A stretch of 64,000 nt of DNA from Balanoglossus misakiensis (GCA_040954595.2 CM082580.2:6765519-6829518), one strand, 5' to 3'. Positions 38,301-53,200 are shown, counted from the first letter of the stretch. The notes: generated by a model from the sequence alone, not told the origin. Numbers and translations are program-made.

Positions 38301-41300
38301 ATCTGTTAATGCCTGTGCTGTTGGGAGTTGACCTGAGATGGATCACACACAGCTCTCATTCTTGTTGCCCAGCTTGACTTTTGCAAACAATGCCCATTGA
38401 TGTTTTGTGTCGGTTATAAACTTCACTGCCTTTCTCTGAATGCCTCTCGATCTCTCCGATGATAGGAAACACCCAGGTCCCCCAAATCAACGATAACATT
38501 CATGGGATTGAAGTCGCGGTGCGGGAAGGTAAAATAGTAGACGGTAGATATGCAGACGGTAAAACATATTGGTCTCCAAAAATTGTAATAAATATGACAA
38601 ATTTGTACAAATGATAGGTTGGTTTCAGTAGTGAACAATAATTACTTCAGACATATGGACTTGTTATGTTATTCCAAAATTTTGGGAAAAATATTTGCTC
38701 ATGCGGTTATAAATAACAATGTTCATCCCCAGGTAAATACCACACAAACATTATTATTACTTTAGCCTTGTATCATAGATACATTTGTTTCATGCAAATA
38801 TGTCTGAGCTGAGCAGCACTTGCAATGAACTGATTAGCCTATCGAAAATATCTTGGGGATCAAAGGCCACAGCCAGTATTTTCAAGGTTTAGCAACAGTA
38901 TTTTCCTTTTGACATTGAAACTGACATTGGAAATAATCTTATTTGGGAAACCTCAAGTCTCGCCTTGAGTGTTGTAACCTTAGAAGCATTGTATGTTAAT
39001 TGCTAAACGTAAAACAAAATCAATTAATTTTATTAAAGTCCAACGTAAGGGATTCTTTTTATTTGGTTGTCTACAATGTTCTCATCATTCCGTTGTATTG
39101 CCATGCAACGAACGTGTGTCAGCTGAGTTATGGAGCTGTTGGTTTTTATCCCATTATGAACTGATTATACATACTTGGGTATCCTATAGGTTGAAAACAT
39201 CTCTCAATGCTGTTAGGGTGATATCACCGACTCAAAGCTTTGCTGGGCAGGGATTACACCGCATTCAATTGAAAAATAAGACGTAATTACTCCACCTTGT
39301 TCTGTGGTATGCCAGATGCTGTGGGCAGAATGTTTATTTCGAAGGGTAGTCTTTCGGCCTTCGTTTCTCAAAGTGCGCGTGTCATGCATGGGCTGGTTTT
39401 TCTTTTCTTGTTCAGTTGACATTGTCTTGCCCTCTTGAGGCTCTGAGATTACATGAGCGTTGCATAACTTCTGGCTGTGTATTTTCGACATTCTTGGAGT
39501 CCCCTTAGTGGGTTGGCGTGCACGAAAACACGAGTTTAGTGTTTATCGTCGAACTGCTAAGAATAGCCAGCTTGTGTGAACTCATGCAAGAAATTGAAAA
39601 TGTTACCATATTTACATGTTAGTGTTTCAAGATTTGCGCAGTTTACGTGTGACAGCACTTGGAGACTAAAAAGTTTATGAACTAATTAAGATTCTCAAAA
39701 GAACTTTTGGTTTGGAGCATGTTTACAGCGAAAATTTGAAAATAAATATTTGTGACGAGGAAGCACTATAGTGTTTTTTGTTTTCTACTTAGCCATTGTG
39801 ACAGTGTCCTCACCTGTTTACACAACTGAACGGAGGAAAGAAAAGTATTTTTATTTTCTGCTACTAAAATACACACGACAGTTTATCTACAGCCCCCTGA
39901 GGGGAAGCGTGACAGATATTCATCGGCAAAAACACTCCACGCGGCATTTCACTCCAATAAATCCTGGACATGCTTGATGAGCTGCCAGCAAATAAAGTTT
40001 TAGCACCTACAGTGGAAACACGTCATTAGTCTACAGTGTTTTGCAACTTTTCTTTCATTTAATTGATGTGTTTACAAATTCATTCGTACGACTTGTGCGT
40101 CTGGTCAGTTGACTAATGGTGTGGCTGCGTATTGTGCGTCTGCAGTGCCCTGTGGTTGACCCTGGTTAGCGGCGACCAGACGTCATACACTGACGAAATG
40201 CGCTTGTTTTATTCTTCTTGTCAAAAAATAGCAAGTAACGAGGTGAACAAAATGAAAATAAAACAGTCACCAGGTGAATTGTAATGTAAAATATACTTAT
40301 AGGTACATCACATCCCTCAGAATTTTTCATTTCCCGTTGTCACCATTTTTTTACGTCCTCAGAAACGTCGTACTCACTAAAATTTTACATTTCATGTCCA
40401 GAATGTAAAGTGCATCTGTAAGACATTTGTTATAAGCTATATCTTTAAAAGGCAATAATTTGGCACCTATTCCTGCTGATAATATATTGTCTGTTCGTTA
40501 TTTCCTGAGAGGCTAGCATTACATTGTTATTAATCATCCATTTTATTGTGTTATTTTTTTCAGTGGTACCCTGAAGTCCGGAATTACTGCTCAGCTGGAG
40601 TTCCTGTGCTCTTGGTTGGATGCAAATCCGATCTACGCAACGACATCCACATCATAACAGAACTCGCCAAGAAAAGACAGATATCACTCACTTATGAAAG
40701 GGTAAGGGCAAAGTTCTCTCCCCTGTAGAAGTGAAAAGATAACTTTTTTAAAAAAAAAGATCAATTACTGGTCAGTTTCAAAGTTGTAACATGTGACACT
40801 TTACTGCAAAGTCAGACATATTTTGATTATTCGTTAGTGAAACAAAAATAATAATGAAAAGCCAAATGACTCATTTGACTTAAAATTAATTTCTCTGGAA
40901 AGTCAGACATACAAGGGGTTTCGGTTATATCCCATTTCTGTGATTTGATCAGTCGTCAAGTCAAAGTCTGACTTCCCATACTGTAAGTAGTTCGTGTTAT
41001 CCGGGTTCTTGATACTGGTTTGGCTGGTTGCCTGTTATATTTTCCCGAAGTACGCCGCGAAGAATGTGAGCAATTGTGAGAATTGTGTTACCGTGAGAAT
41101 AATTTCAGTCGTGTTCAGCCAAAAACAGAAAAAGCAAAAAAAAACTCGATAACATCTGCTCCTGTGAAATGTTTCCATATGTTTCAATGCAATGCGGGCA
41201 GACATCGATGTCTGGCAGTTGTAACCAGATTGTTCCAGTTTCAATGTATCGGAAACAAGAACTCTACAACGGGCAATACTGTGACTGTACTTGTTTACCC

Positions 41301-43066
41301 AAACGAAAGCATTGGATTTTTTGTCTGACGTTTAAAAAAGAAAGTGAGTTAGTGAGTGAGCCCACTTTTATTTCAAAGAGTATTGGAACCCCCAGCTGTG
41401 TGTACACGGTAGCTGTAACTTTTGTTTGGTAACACTGCAGACAAAAGTCTTGTGTGTGTGTAAAGTGGGTGTGTAAGCTAGTGTCCAGTTTAGGTACGTC
41501 ATCCGATGCATTGAGCATCGAACGATGGCAATTATGAACTGTGTTGCCAAACACAGCCAGTACATGTCAAGGTGTTAATGAGTCATTTAATTGTTTCCAA
41601 CCATTGATAGGTAAATTTGGTTTTGAAATGGCTTTGTGTGATGTATGCAAAGCCGAGAGTGTTAATTTTTTTAAGTTTACAATGTGAAGGTTTTTTTTTT
41701 TTTTGCAAATATCAAACCAAAGTATTGAGAAAATGTTCTTGATAAAATGTTATCTAAAGTAACCTTAGATGTTACACAAACAAAGTTAATATATAGACAA
41801 GGAGTGGTAGACGCGAGATTGCGTGGGTTACATGGTTCGATGAGCAGTCAAACCCTTTTTGGTCAAAACCATTTATCACAGTACATGTATACACCCACGG
41901 GCTGTTGTTCTTCTTATCGTACCTTCCTGATGTAAACAACAGGTGAGAAAAGAAATTATGTCACAGCCAGTCGATCGACATGCAGATGACCGGTCATTGA
42001 GTTCACCTTCCAAGCAAGAGACATCACTTCTCGCTCTCTGATACGAATCTACTACAAGATAGATAAATTTAATAATAGAAATAAATCCACGATGAGATAG
42101 GTAAATTGGATGATATAAATACTTTGAATATTTCAACAATCTAGCTCTGGTGAAACAGTGTAAATGATTGTAATTAGTTTGAAAACATACCACAGAAAAT
42201 GGTGTAAAGTGTTCACAAATGAAAATGTTGATTCAAAGTTGCGTGGTCAGTGGAGACAGAAACCACTGCCTGTTGAGTGATATTTACACACTCAACAAAC
42301 CAATGACCTTTATCCCTGGCAGGTCACCTTTAAGTTTGGTCTGTGACTGATGGTTCCTTTTCAGGCCACTAACTTCAGAGAACTCAGAAAAAACACCATT
42401 GTTTTTTCAAGATGAAGCTGATATACCTTCAAAAATACAATTTGGTTTGCGTTTAACCTCAGTTTGAACAAAATAAACTAAAGTTGACTGTCTTGTCAGT
42501 GCAATCGGTTGACTTTGAAACGATTTTTATCATGCCTGTATCATATTTTGTCCATGGGATACATGGATGAATCTTTTTTGCGATGAATTCAGTTAATTCT
42601 ACTGATAATCTGTGAGGAACACAGACTGTGTGTGTCCTTCAACACGTAGTTTGCCCTTTCTAGTGGTCAACTGAAAAACAAGATAAACTTTTAGTTTTAT
42701 AGCCACATGTGTTTATCCATGTCTTTGGATGTTTATGGGAAAATAAAACATTTTTTCTCTCTCTTTCTCTGTCTCTAGGGAACACAAGTCGCAAGAAAGA
42801 TCGGCGCCGCGGCCTTCTTGGAATGTTCGGCTAAAAATTCGCGATCCAGCGTCAAGGAAGTCTTCGAAATCGCCACGCTGGCGTCGCTCGGCAAACTCAG
42901 CCTTCACAAATCACTGCGGGGCCTGCCAACCCAGCCCAGAACTATTTCCTTCCGAAGGAAAAAAAGCGAGGGCGATCTGGCCCACCACCGAGTGCGAGTC
43001 AAGAGCACAGTGCTAGAGTCGACGGAGGAGAGGAACAAACTGAACAAGAGTTGCGTCGTCATGTAG
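29314..43066 (+). CDS. RND3: Rnd/RhoE-subfamily atypical Rho GTPase, 247 aa, 5 exons, CAAX (CVVM)
   Basis: Exons 29314-29433, 29863-29950, 34603-34712, 40564-40701 and 42779-43066 (TAG) total 744 nt in frame. Motifs: CKIVLAGDARCGKT, WDTSGC (Rnd-type DTSG rather than DTAGQ), LVGCKSDLR (Rnd-type CKxD), ECSAK and C-terminal KSCVVM. Likely a pro-ortholog of RND1/2/3, so the symbol is indicative only. Confidence 0.92.
30982..31164. mobile_element. Possible small non-autonomous DNA element with TAG...CTA ends (Academ-like)
   Basis: 10-bp terminal inverted repeat TAGCCTGGCA...TGCCAGGCTA around a CpG-rich interior; no clean TSD seen. Confidence 0.3.
34792..34960. mobile_element. MITE, Tc1/mariner-type, 169 bp
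   Basis: 21-bp TIRs with one mismatch (CCGTAAAACGGGTTATTTTCG / CGAAAATAACCCGTTTTACAG), flanked by TA on both sides. Confidence 0.75.
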
Positions 43067-46000
43067 GATTAATCGCGCACAAGTGCGAAAGATCCAAAGA
43101 GGAACTGTGCAACTCGTATTAATATATAAACGTATATCACTTGCCGCATACCAGTATTTACATTTTTTGAAGGAAGAGCACATTTTTTATTCAACTGCTG
43201 TTCGTACTACCAGCTGTGGACGATGTTAAGAGAGAGGGGTTGAATTTTTCACGTACCTGTACATGTCCAACTGTATCATACATAATTGGAAATGTGACCA
43301 AAGTTTGGTGGTTGGGAAGGTATTGCGTTGTGATTGGGCCACGCGCAGTGATCACATGAGAAAGTCCACCTGTGCGTTAATCAATATCCTAAATGAAGCA
43401 GGACGTTGTAACATGTACAGTAACTGTGACGTGGGATTCACTGAAATATAAGCAACACAAACATGGGCATTATTCTGTTCAGAGAATCCTAAGAAGGACA
43501 GCTGATCCCCCCCCCTCCAGTGAAACCTGTTACCGAGGCCCATCAGCTGCTTTAATTGTGCCCATGAATCTTAAAATGTTTTTCGTTTTCGTGCGACAAA
43601 CTTTCCACAATGAGACCTTGAATGAGAGAAGGCCTGAAAACGAGTGAATTCAGAATTTATGCAGTTTCGGCAATAACAATCACCTCGTGTAGCTGAACGT
43701 GATACGTCTGCATGGTCTTGTACTTTTTTTAGCTAGGGTACAAAATAACAGATGATTCTGAACAAAGTCACGGTGTCATTCAAAGTCTGGTCGGGGCATT
43801 GTTCTGTGTCATTGCAGAGTGTCTTCTCAATTTATGCGACCAATTGATGAGCAGCCAGTTTCATTACGCCGAAGGTCGCGCTGTTTACATCATGCACACA
43901 CGGATGCCCCTTTTGCGGGCTGTAACGTCTGTATCTTCAATTAGTGACCAATTTCTCCCCCAGCCTGGAGTTCCGAAAGAGCAGCTGACAGTACAAGAAT
44001 GGCGTTGAATGTAAAGAAAGAAAAAAAAGACTAACCTTGGAAAACAAAAACTTATATTGTGTGCGTGTGCAGGAGTGTGTGTCAGAGAGATCTTATCAGT
44101 GACAGTGTTTTTGAAGTCAGCAGGTGTGTGCATTTTTTTGTCAGTCATCGATCTCGAAGAGAAGATAAAAATCACTGACTTTTGCATTTGAATCTCAAAT
44201 TGCGATTTTGAGAGCCAGAATAACTAGGCTTAGGAGGTTTTAGTACAGTGGATGGTGTTAAAAACACCTGGGAATGGAGAAGCAGATGTTTCGTTTCAGA
44301 TCCAGATTGTTTTCTTATCGAACGAGGTAGAAGTTTATTATGTTGAGAAACAATACTTGGTGAACAACTTTTTTTATGCTGTAGTTTCTAGGCAGTTTTT
44401 CTGGCTGATTGCAACGCTTTCAATGATTGGTTACTTCAGCATGGGAAATCAGTAAAGCTACCAATCAGAAAGAAGTTTCCATCAGATCTGTACATTTTAA
44501 CATTTTGAGTTGTTACTGCCACATTAATAAGAGCTTAGACTGGTCAGAACTTTGCTGATATCCAGTAAATTTATCTTTATTGTAATTTAACAGCTAAGGT
44601 AAAAAAACTTATTGTGTTTATAACTCAGAAATGAACATTTCCAGCAATAACACAGCTTCAAGAACAGCTGCTGCAGAGATTTTAAACAGCTCAGAATATA
44701 TGTGATTTTCAGAATCGACTGCAAATATCGCAAAAAAAAAATTGTTGGTGTAATAACTGAATCAGTATTGATATTTGGATGATTGGGGTGTTGATTTTGG
44801 ATGATTTCATATATGGGAATTTGTGACTAGATTTATAGTTATGAATTTGTTTCAGCGTCATTTCTGAGGTCAGCAGAACTGCAAATTTCAAAAGAGTAGT
44901 GTGTAACATATGAACATGTCTTTGCGGTGTACGCAGAAAGAAATGCAAGGTGATGTGTGTGGCTTGTATAGATGACAGGTCTCTTAAACCTGGACAAGTC
45001 ATCTCCATGATACCTGTGTATTCAAGCAATATGTCCAAGTCATAACCATTGACTATGTACTTCTTGATACTGGAATCAAAAGTCACATGACTCAACAGAC
45101 TATAGCCACACAAATCCCATTGAATCTTGTGTGTGTGCATGTGGGACAGTCTTGTCACATAACCCTGTATAGTTTCGTAAGTCTGTTTGGGTCATATAGA
45201 AGCCTATTTAAGTCCAGGCTTCGGTTCAGCACCATGCGAAACTAAAAATAAGTTCTCAGACAATCATTCCATCCCACCAACCATGACCTGTTAAATCTGT
45301 CTGACATCCCGAAATAAGTCACGCCATATTCCATCACCCTGCAAACGATAAATGCAACCATTGTGCCTATACATCAGTGCGGTCTGATCCTCGCACACGG
45401 GGTCAATCGTTTCGGTTTTTCCTCTTGAACAAGTCAACAAATTTCTACTTGCAAACACTTTACACTAATAGTAGTTACCAAACAGGCTTTTTTTATCTTC
45501 AAAGATCACAGAAAGTATAATGTATATTTTGAGAGTTAGTTGTATTTTCCCGCCTCTCTGCATCCTAAACTTTTGCAGGGCAGAAGGGCTGACTTATTAC
45601 TGTAAGTTATATATATTTGATGATCCTAAGGTTTAAGTGTAGTCTTTACGAGTGGAAGTATTTAAAGTATGATGTATTAACTGCTGTGCTTGTATGAACC
45701 TGAGAAAGAAGATGTGAATTTATTACTGTTTAAAATAATATTAAAACTTATGCCAAAATACCTCCCCGTGTGCCGGGATTTTTTTTATCTTTTGTGTTTA
45801 TATATAGTGGATTGATGGATGTGGTGAAGATTATTGCTGATCGCAATTGGCCACTGAGTCAGATGTTTACCAGAATGGCCAACAAGAGGCCATTCTACCA
45901 TTATTCCACCCCCCTCCCCCCTGAGTTTGCCCCAACCTATGCAAAGTGCAATCATACAATCCTTAGCGACCATCATAAAATGTGAAATCTCGCCTGAAAT

Positions 46001-48631
46001 CCTAACAGCCAGAAACAAACGCCAGATACGCAAACCGATATACTGTACGTGCTAAGTTCAAATTGTGTTGTGTCATGTAGGAAAGTGTTTGTGTGGAAAA
46101 CTTCAATTCAGGGCCTTTGTCGAGAGCCTGTGTCTAATGATATGTTCTGGATGGCGCGCAACACAATGGGAGAGACCAGAAGATGAATTATAGCCGAGAT
46201 GACAGCATTTAATAAAGCGGGCGACACAATAGACGCCATTGTTGCCCACTCAGTGCAGTTGTTCAAAACACATTCACCGCAGCTTTCAGCATATTTCGCA
46301 AGATAGGATATTTGCTCCCCGGTAAAACCGGGCGATGACAAGAACATGATGTCAGCGCTGAAGGAGGAATTCAATTGACATGCAAACTATCCAGTACATG
46401 TATGAGCAAATAGCTGAGAAAGATCAAAACAACATTGTATGAGGATCAGTTAAGATCATGCTCTCTCTGATTCATGATTGTTTTTACGACTGAAAATTTC
46501 AGAGTATAAAAACTTGTGCAATTTTATGATTGTATAGCAACATGTATGTTTTAATTTGTATGAGCAGTCAAAAAGTTCTTGCATCAAATTAAGGATTCAA
46601 TGTCAGAAGAAAAATCTGTTTGAGAAAGCTTGTCATAGCTGTTCCAGCATAGACAGTAGTGGTTCCAGCGACTAAACCTGAGTGTGATCATACCCACAAT
46701 GCAACATGATTGGGATCGGTGCCATGTTGGACGTTTTACTGTGGGAAAAGGGAGGCTAACAATTGGCTCGACACAAAGACATTCTAGACGTGGCTATCTG
46801 CTGAGTGAACACTACATCTGACCTGCTAACCCCGGCAGACATAAAAGCGCAAACAAAATCCAAATGATGGAGTAAAGTGCTTGTGTCCCGGGCCTCCTCT
46901 GCGTTCCCCAAGTACAAACCGATGTGTATTGCAAATCTCTCTTGAAGTGACTCCTGTTAAAGATCTGCATTTGTAGATAACAAGGTTTATATTTAGTGTT
47001 TTCAGTCTGATCTGAAGCAAAGCATGTATACTGATTTTTCCAGTCTCTCAGTATAGCCACTGAGTACAAACTTACATGTGACAAGTTGATCACTACAATG
47101 CATGTATAAACCATGTGTGATTTCTTTCTTGAATGATCCACTGAGAGGGGACACCCCCCGCCCCTCACTAGAAACTGGCCATTCCCTGTGCTGATTAACA
47201 TATCGCATAATTTATAATTGCAAATAGCCCAGGAAAGTGCAGCTGTTTCAGTAAAATTTCTTAGAAATAAACTTTAAAATAGTAAACAGTTTGGTGAGTT
47301 TTTTTAGAATAGACAATATGGCATGAACGCAGCTTTCAATATATTTTTGTGTTGAAAAACCAGAAGCTGACCGATCTCACTTTCATGAAAGGTCGACCCA
47401 ATCATCCAGCCTTCATGGCATGTTTTCAAATACTGAATGATCCCACAAACTTTCTAGGTTCCGCTCCAAGAGTTGTAAATTACCAGACTCTCTGGTGGCT
47501 GGTTGGCCATAAACAATAAACACCAGATTGTTTATACTCCAAAGCTGTACTGGAAACACTCAAGTCATGCACCCAAGCCCAAATACTTTCTGTTTAAACC
47601 ATGATTTGTGATTGGTGAACACCAGGCGTATTAACTCAGAAAAGGGAGGCATGCTTTTAATGATGAAATCAGGTCGGTTTGTTTCAAACTGATCGTTGTT
47701 TCCTGAGAAAGCATGTCAGAATTCAAAGCTGTGTATGATCTACTGCAAATTAGCCCCCTTTTGACTGAGCATTTGGCAGTCTGACAATATATATATATAC
47801 AAACCAAAATGAATATAATGTTTCGTAATATGCTGGTGGTTAATGTTTCTTCACAATATTTGAGGGAAACTGAGCAAGTTTGTGCATATTAGTGGGATGT
47901 TCATCAATCCTCTCAAGATTCTTTATGCATAAGATGTAAGATCTGAGCATTAATAAAAGTCATGCGAGGTGTGGGAGAAAAACCCCATTTATTAAAACTC
48001 AGAACAGGAACACAATCATTTCCATTGCATTCGGTGTTGACATACACATACATCATTTTGTGTTAATGTGGAACACGCTGACACGAGACATCTGCACCAG
48101 GATGGGAATAATCGATGCCTCTCAAGTGTATTTGTGAGTTAATTGTGTTTTGCTGGGGATTCTGAAAATTGCTTTCATTCAAACCGTCGGATATGAATCC
48201 CCGGAGGTTACATTGTTTCGAAGACACTGTGGACGAGATGTAGCGGTAACATGATCGAGTAGATTAGATACCGTATTCAGAAATTCATGTCCCAGAGAGA
48301 GTAGACTTTATACAATAGAAGCCGTGCACTGTATATGAGTAGAATGATTGTCAAATTGTGATCATTACTAGAGGGCGCTATTCTATCACATATGGTGGTC
48401 CCTGTTCAATTAAACTCTGATTACGATAATACAAATCCATGATCGTGATGGTTGCTTTTAATCCCAATGTATGAAATCTACTAATTCAACACTGAAGTTC
48501 TCATGTATGCTGACTAAATATCAAACTCTGTCCATCCCATGATGACTGAATATAATAACGTTGAACGAATCAAACAATTGGCAAGCCTGCATTTCCGTAA
48601 AAAAATGTACATAAATTAAGTTAAAATGTTT

Positions 48632-51600
48632 CTATCTGTGCCAGTATTTGCCGCTCAAGTGGTTTGTGGTGGCGTTTATGATCGGCCTATCAATGAACTC
48701 GATTCTACAGTCATTGTCCATTATTGCATTGCCATGGTAACCGAGACATGGCGCATTCTCCAGTTCGAACAAAGTAACGGTATTGTCTCCCTGCTGAAGT
48801 ACAGTGGCTGGCACATACAGTGTGACTTGTGGACCGATGACGGGCCAGTAACGACCTAGGTTGAAACCGTTGATGTACGCTTGACCCTGTAGAGTAAGGA
48901 GAGATGATATAAACAATGTTTTGGTTGACATGGCAGAGTCTTCAGCCCGTCTCTGAGCTGCACATCCCATTACTTCACTTTCATGAGTTGGCAAGTGTTA
49001 ATTTAACCACAACAACTTCAGGTGGATTGACAATAGTCATGACAATACAAAATTTTGTATGTTTTAGCTACAGTCAAACATTTATATAGGGCCAGTCAAG
49101 GGACTTTCATAAACTGGCCTAATGTCAATATAAATATATATAACTCTATGGCCGAGGCTCACCTTAGTCCAGCCCTTCATGTTAAGAAACGTATCTTGTG
49201 CCACGTCTACCGTCAATGTGCCATGGTAGAATGTTGGTATTTGAAGAGTGGCAGAGTTTTTAAAGTTGGAGGTAACACGGTGGTGTTTTCTGAACAAAAG
49301 GCGGCTGGGATTGACAACCGCAAGTAAGTCCAGCGAGTAGATCGACCACGGCTGTAGTACGTCTTCGTCAAGAGTCACGTTTCCAACAATTCCCTGCAAA
49401 TACAACATTTTTGGTTGGTTTGTACACAATGGTGGTTTCCAGTTTTTATTTCAACATTTGTCACGAGACTTTTAGGATGTTATCCTTCTTTTTGTCACAC
49501 ATACACACAGAGAAAGTATATTCTGGTGGTAGACAATGTAAAATACACTTGTACATACCTTGGAATCATTAATGTACTTGCCGTAGTTGATACGACCCTG
49601 GTTTTCCACAAAAATGTCCAGTGTATCCCCAGTCAGACCCGTCAGATTGAGAGTTGTTCCCAGACTTGGATCATTTGTCATTCTGGACAAAACACCCACC
49701 ACAGTCTAAAACCAAAGTAGATTGATTGATTAAAATCAGCTGGTGCCATATTGTTACGAATAATGCACACAAAATTGTTCCCATCCTAAACTGCACTCAC
49801 CTATCTAAAAGTAGACTGACCCTCCAAACAATACCTCTACACATGCATTCTTAAAACACAGGAGGTTGCAGCATGCCTTTGGAGGGTTTATACTCACCAT
49901 GTTGATGAGTACATATCCCCTGTCTCTGATCCCAGGCACACTGAGAACTGAGTTGTTGTAGTCTGCTGTTAGTTTTGTTCTGTACAGCATGAACCCATAA
50001 CTCTAAAAGAAGATAAAAAATGTAAGTAACACAACTTAGTTAGATTTCTTAAAACATATTTCATATCATGTGTTGCTTAACTTTGTGATAATTTTTCAGG
50101 TGTGCAAAATGTAAATTATCAGTTACCTGCTGCATGTCTTCCATACTGATTGGATAAGTTGATATGATTGGTCCGTACGGACACATTGTGTCAATTTCAT
50201 CATAAAGTGAACCAATAGAAGACAGTGTTACTTTGCCGTAATTAGACTTGGGCGTAGGTGGGGGTATAGGGTCTGGTGGTAACTCGCGATACTGGAAGAG
50301 AAAAAAAAACATTAATAGTTGTAAGTTACAAAAAGGCATACTAATATCTTTTTGGTGATGCTTATGATAAATTATACAATACATAGGCCATTTGATAAAA
50401 ATATAAGATTTCATTCCCTTGCAATATATGCCCCCCCCCCCCACCACACACACACACACTTACCTTTCCAATGACTTCTCGAATAGCCATGTACTTATCA
50501 TTAGGATCGCCCGCTTCACTGAGTGGTGCGTCGTAGTCATAACTGGTTGGTTGTGGCTTGTAAGGTGCATAGTTGGCTCCGTTCATGAAACCAAAGTTGG
50601 TGCCTCCCTCAAACATATACCTGAATGGACAGAAAAAAGAGTCTTGAATACATGCTACAAAACAACAATTAATATACACTCAGAGCTCAGAAAATCAAAA
50701 ATGCCCAAAATATTTTTGGTGACTAAATCTAGCAGGTATTTTGAACAGCCATCTGGTCCACTCCTGCAGCCATGCTGGACTTACATATTGACTGATGCGT
50801 TATAGGCCAGAATTTCATCCAAATATTTGGCCACTCTGTCCTTGTCTGTGGTTTGGTGGGGCGACGCCCAGTGATCCAGCCATCCTGTATAGTACTCCGA
50901 GTTCACCTGGAATTTTGGTGCAAAAACTCTGACCATGAATTTTATTTCAGTGCATTTTCTCGAGCACACATATTAAATTGTGGTGTTGACATAAACGTTG
51001 CCATCTTGGCATATGGTTTTTGTGTTTTGTTTTTTTGTTGTGAGAAGTTCAAGAAAAGAGGTGGAAGGAACCATGGCAACGTGGCAGAAAATTATACTGG
51101 ATACCTGCGAAAGATTTAGGCAAGAGAGAGAATACAATTTTCAATGATACATACCAGTGGTCCATCAGGCTGGTATTTTCTCAACTTGTCAAATGGAGTC
51201 TTGACATTACCACCTGAAAATAGAATTGTGTTTAATTAATCATGTCAATTACGATACCGGTACATGTATAAGTGATCTGATGTTAATTACCTGGACCAAA
51301 ATCCACAGTGGTGAGAACTCCCTGTAGCGTTCCACATTTCAACAATGAATCGGCAGGACCATCTGTTGTGAAGAGGACCACATCACTTCCGAGTGTGTCC
51401 AAGACTTTGTTTCTCAAAAACCTCAGGTAGTCATAGTCACACGTGTGGTAGCTGCCATATTCATTTTCAATCTAAGACGAAAGATGAAAGTAAGTCACGT
51501 GACACTAAACTGTGTGAATGTTAGAGACTAAGAGACTGGCAAACTACTTTAAAACATAGCAGAATAGCTTTTCTACTACAGTTAAGTTTACACTTGACAC

Positions 51601-53016
51601 TTACCTGAATCATGATGACAGGTCCACCACTCTTGTACAGAAACAGATTGATGATCTGCAACAATGCATCCCACCACTTTCCGACTGGATTCAGATAATC
51701 CGGATCTGAAGACCTCAGCACAACTTCGGGATTATTTTTAAGCAGCCACGATGGCAGACCACCCTGATGACATGTACAAAGATACGATTATAATTTCTCA
51801 ACGGAGTTAACACTGAAACATTACAACAGGTCAGAACCTCATGTAATGACTATCATAAAAATATGCTCACCATGTCCCACTCTCCACATATGTACGGTCC
51901 GATTCGAGCAATGACCAGTAGCCCTGTATCATTTGCTGTCTGTAAGAACGTGGCAAGATCAGCTTGATCGTTGAAGTTGAACTGTCCTTGTTTCGGCTCG
52001 TGGAGATTCCAAGGAACGTATCTGTCAACCAAAATGAAAAGTCAAGATTTATAATAGGCCCTGACTTATTGTTAATTTTTAAAGGAAACATAATTGTCCT
52101 ACGTTTTTTTAGTAAAAATGCTGTCAAACTTTGCCAAGTACACTTCTAGATGTGCTTTCTCAAACATCACTTCAAGTTTCCTGAGATCACTTTTATTCAC
52201 CTACAACTGTAGTGTTACTTACATCTGTACAGCATTGAGTCCAGCTGTGTACATTTTCTTCAGTCTATCTTGCCAATAATCTTTGGGAACCCTGGCATAG
52301 TGTATGCTTCCAGAGATGTATCGGAACGGCGCTCCATCTTTCACAAAAGTGTTCTTCTTATAATCGACGGCAAATGACCTCTCTGCGACCTTTGAATGAA
52401 ACAATTTAAAACGTCTCTTTTTTATATGTCAGGTTGATGCATCTACGCTTTCCTGGTGGGTTGTTGGTTGGTGGGCGTTTTTCATTTATCGCAGGATCGC
52501 AACGTGTTGATCATTGGAGATGCTTGGATCGCACCAAGACAAAGCGCAGCGAACTTTCAACAATTCATTTATTTATAGCCCCGCAAATAAAAATCACATT
52601 GAACATGATCAAACATACCAATCACGGTATATGCATTGTGATCACTGTGACTGGGATCTACCGAGTCGCCAATCGCGACAACAAAGCCCACAGGTTTTGG
52701 AAATCGTGTTGTCATTTCCCTTCTACATGAAAATATCACACCACCCAGTATGGACAGGCCTGCAGTATGACGGTAATAATGCAGGGGGTGTGTCCTTCGA
52801 ATGATGCATGATGATGTGTTTTCAGTGTGACCAGTAACCTCAGAAAGTTTCGTAGTTTGCGTAAAATTTAACGATTTGCGTTTGCGTGATAAATACAGAA
52901 ACAAGTGTGTGATCCAAGAACTTGCGATCAGCACTTACCGCTTTATTGCTGATAAACGACGCAGCAAAAAGAACAGCAATCAAGGAAACAAACCCAGATT
53001 TCGTCTGCACCGCCAT
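48632..53016 (-). CDS. GLB1: Lysosomal beta-galactosidase (GH35), copy A, 658 aa, 13 exons
   Basis: Exons 53016-52939 (signal peptide), 52389-52223, 52021-51871, 51763-51605, 51471-51291, 51213-51155, 50906-50785, 50620-50464, 50291-50127, 50002-49898, 49705-49559, 49393-49163 and 48886-48632 (TAG) total 1977 nt in frame. Motifs: [29 protein letters not shown] (acid/base Glu), [13 protein letters not shown] (nucleophile Glu), [32 protein letters not shown]. Confidence 0.95.
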
Positions 53017-53030
53017 GTTAGTCAAACTTT

Positions 53031-53066
53031 TATCACGTGAAAAGTCAGGTGATCAGACGCGTGACC
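53031..53066. promoter_or_regulatory. CLEAR/E-box-like cluster immediately upstream of GLB1 copy A
   Basis: TCACGTGA (53033-53040), GTCAGGTGAT and ACGCGTGAC lie within 50 bp of the start codon. TFEB/MITF CLEAR motifs are typical of lysosomal hydrolase promoters. Confidence 0.5.
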
Positions 53067-53200
53067 TTGGTAACCTCTTCGGGTCAACATAACAGAAGAC
53101 GGATGATAGGTGGCGCTTGTCTTGTCAGGAAAGTGCCGTCGCGCAAGGTCAAAGTGCATGATTGTTGGTAGGTTGCAAACTCTTTCTATTATTTATAGTA

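Noticed and set aside
52390-52938. Nested gene in GLB1 intron 1 (as TMPPE in vertebrates)
   Set aside because: The intron is only ~550 bp, and its short ORFs show no metallophosphoesterase motifs.
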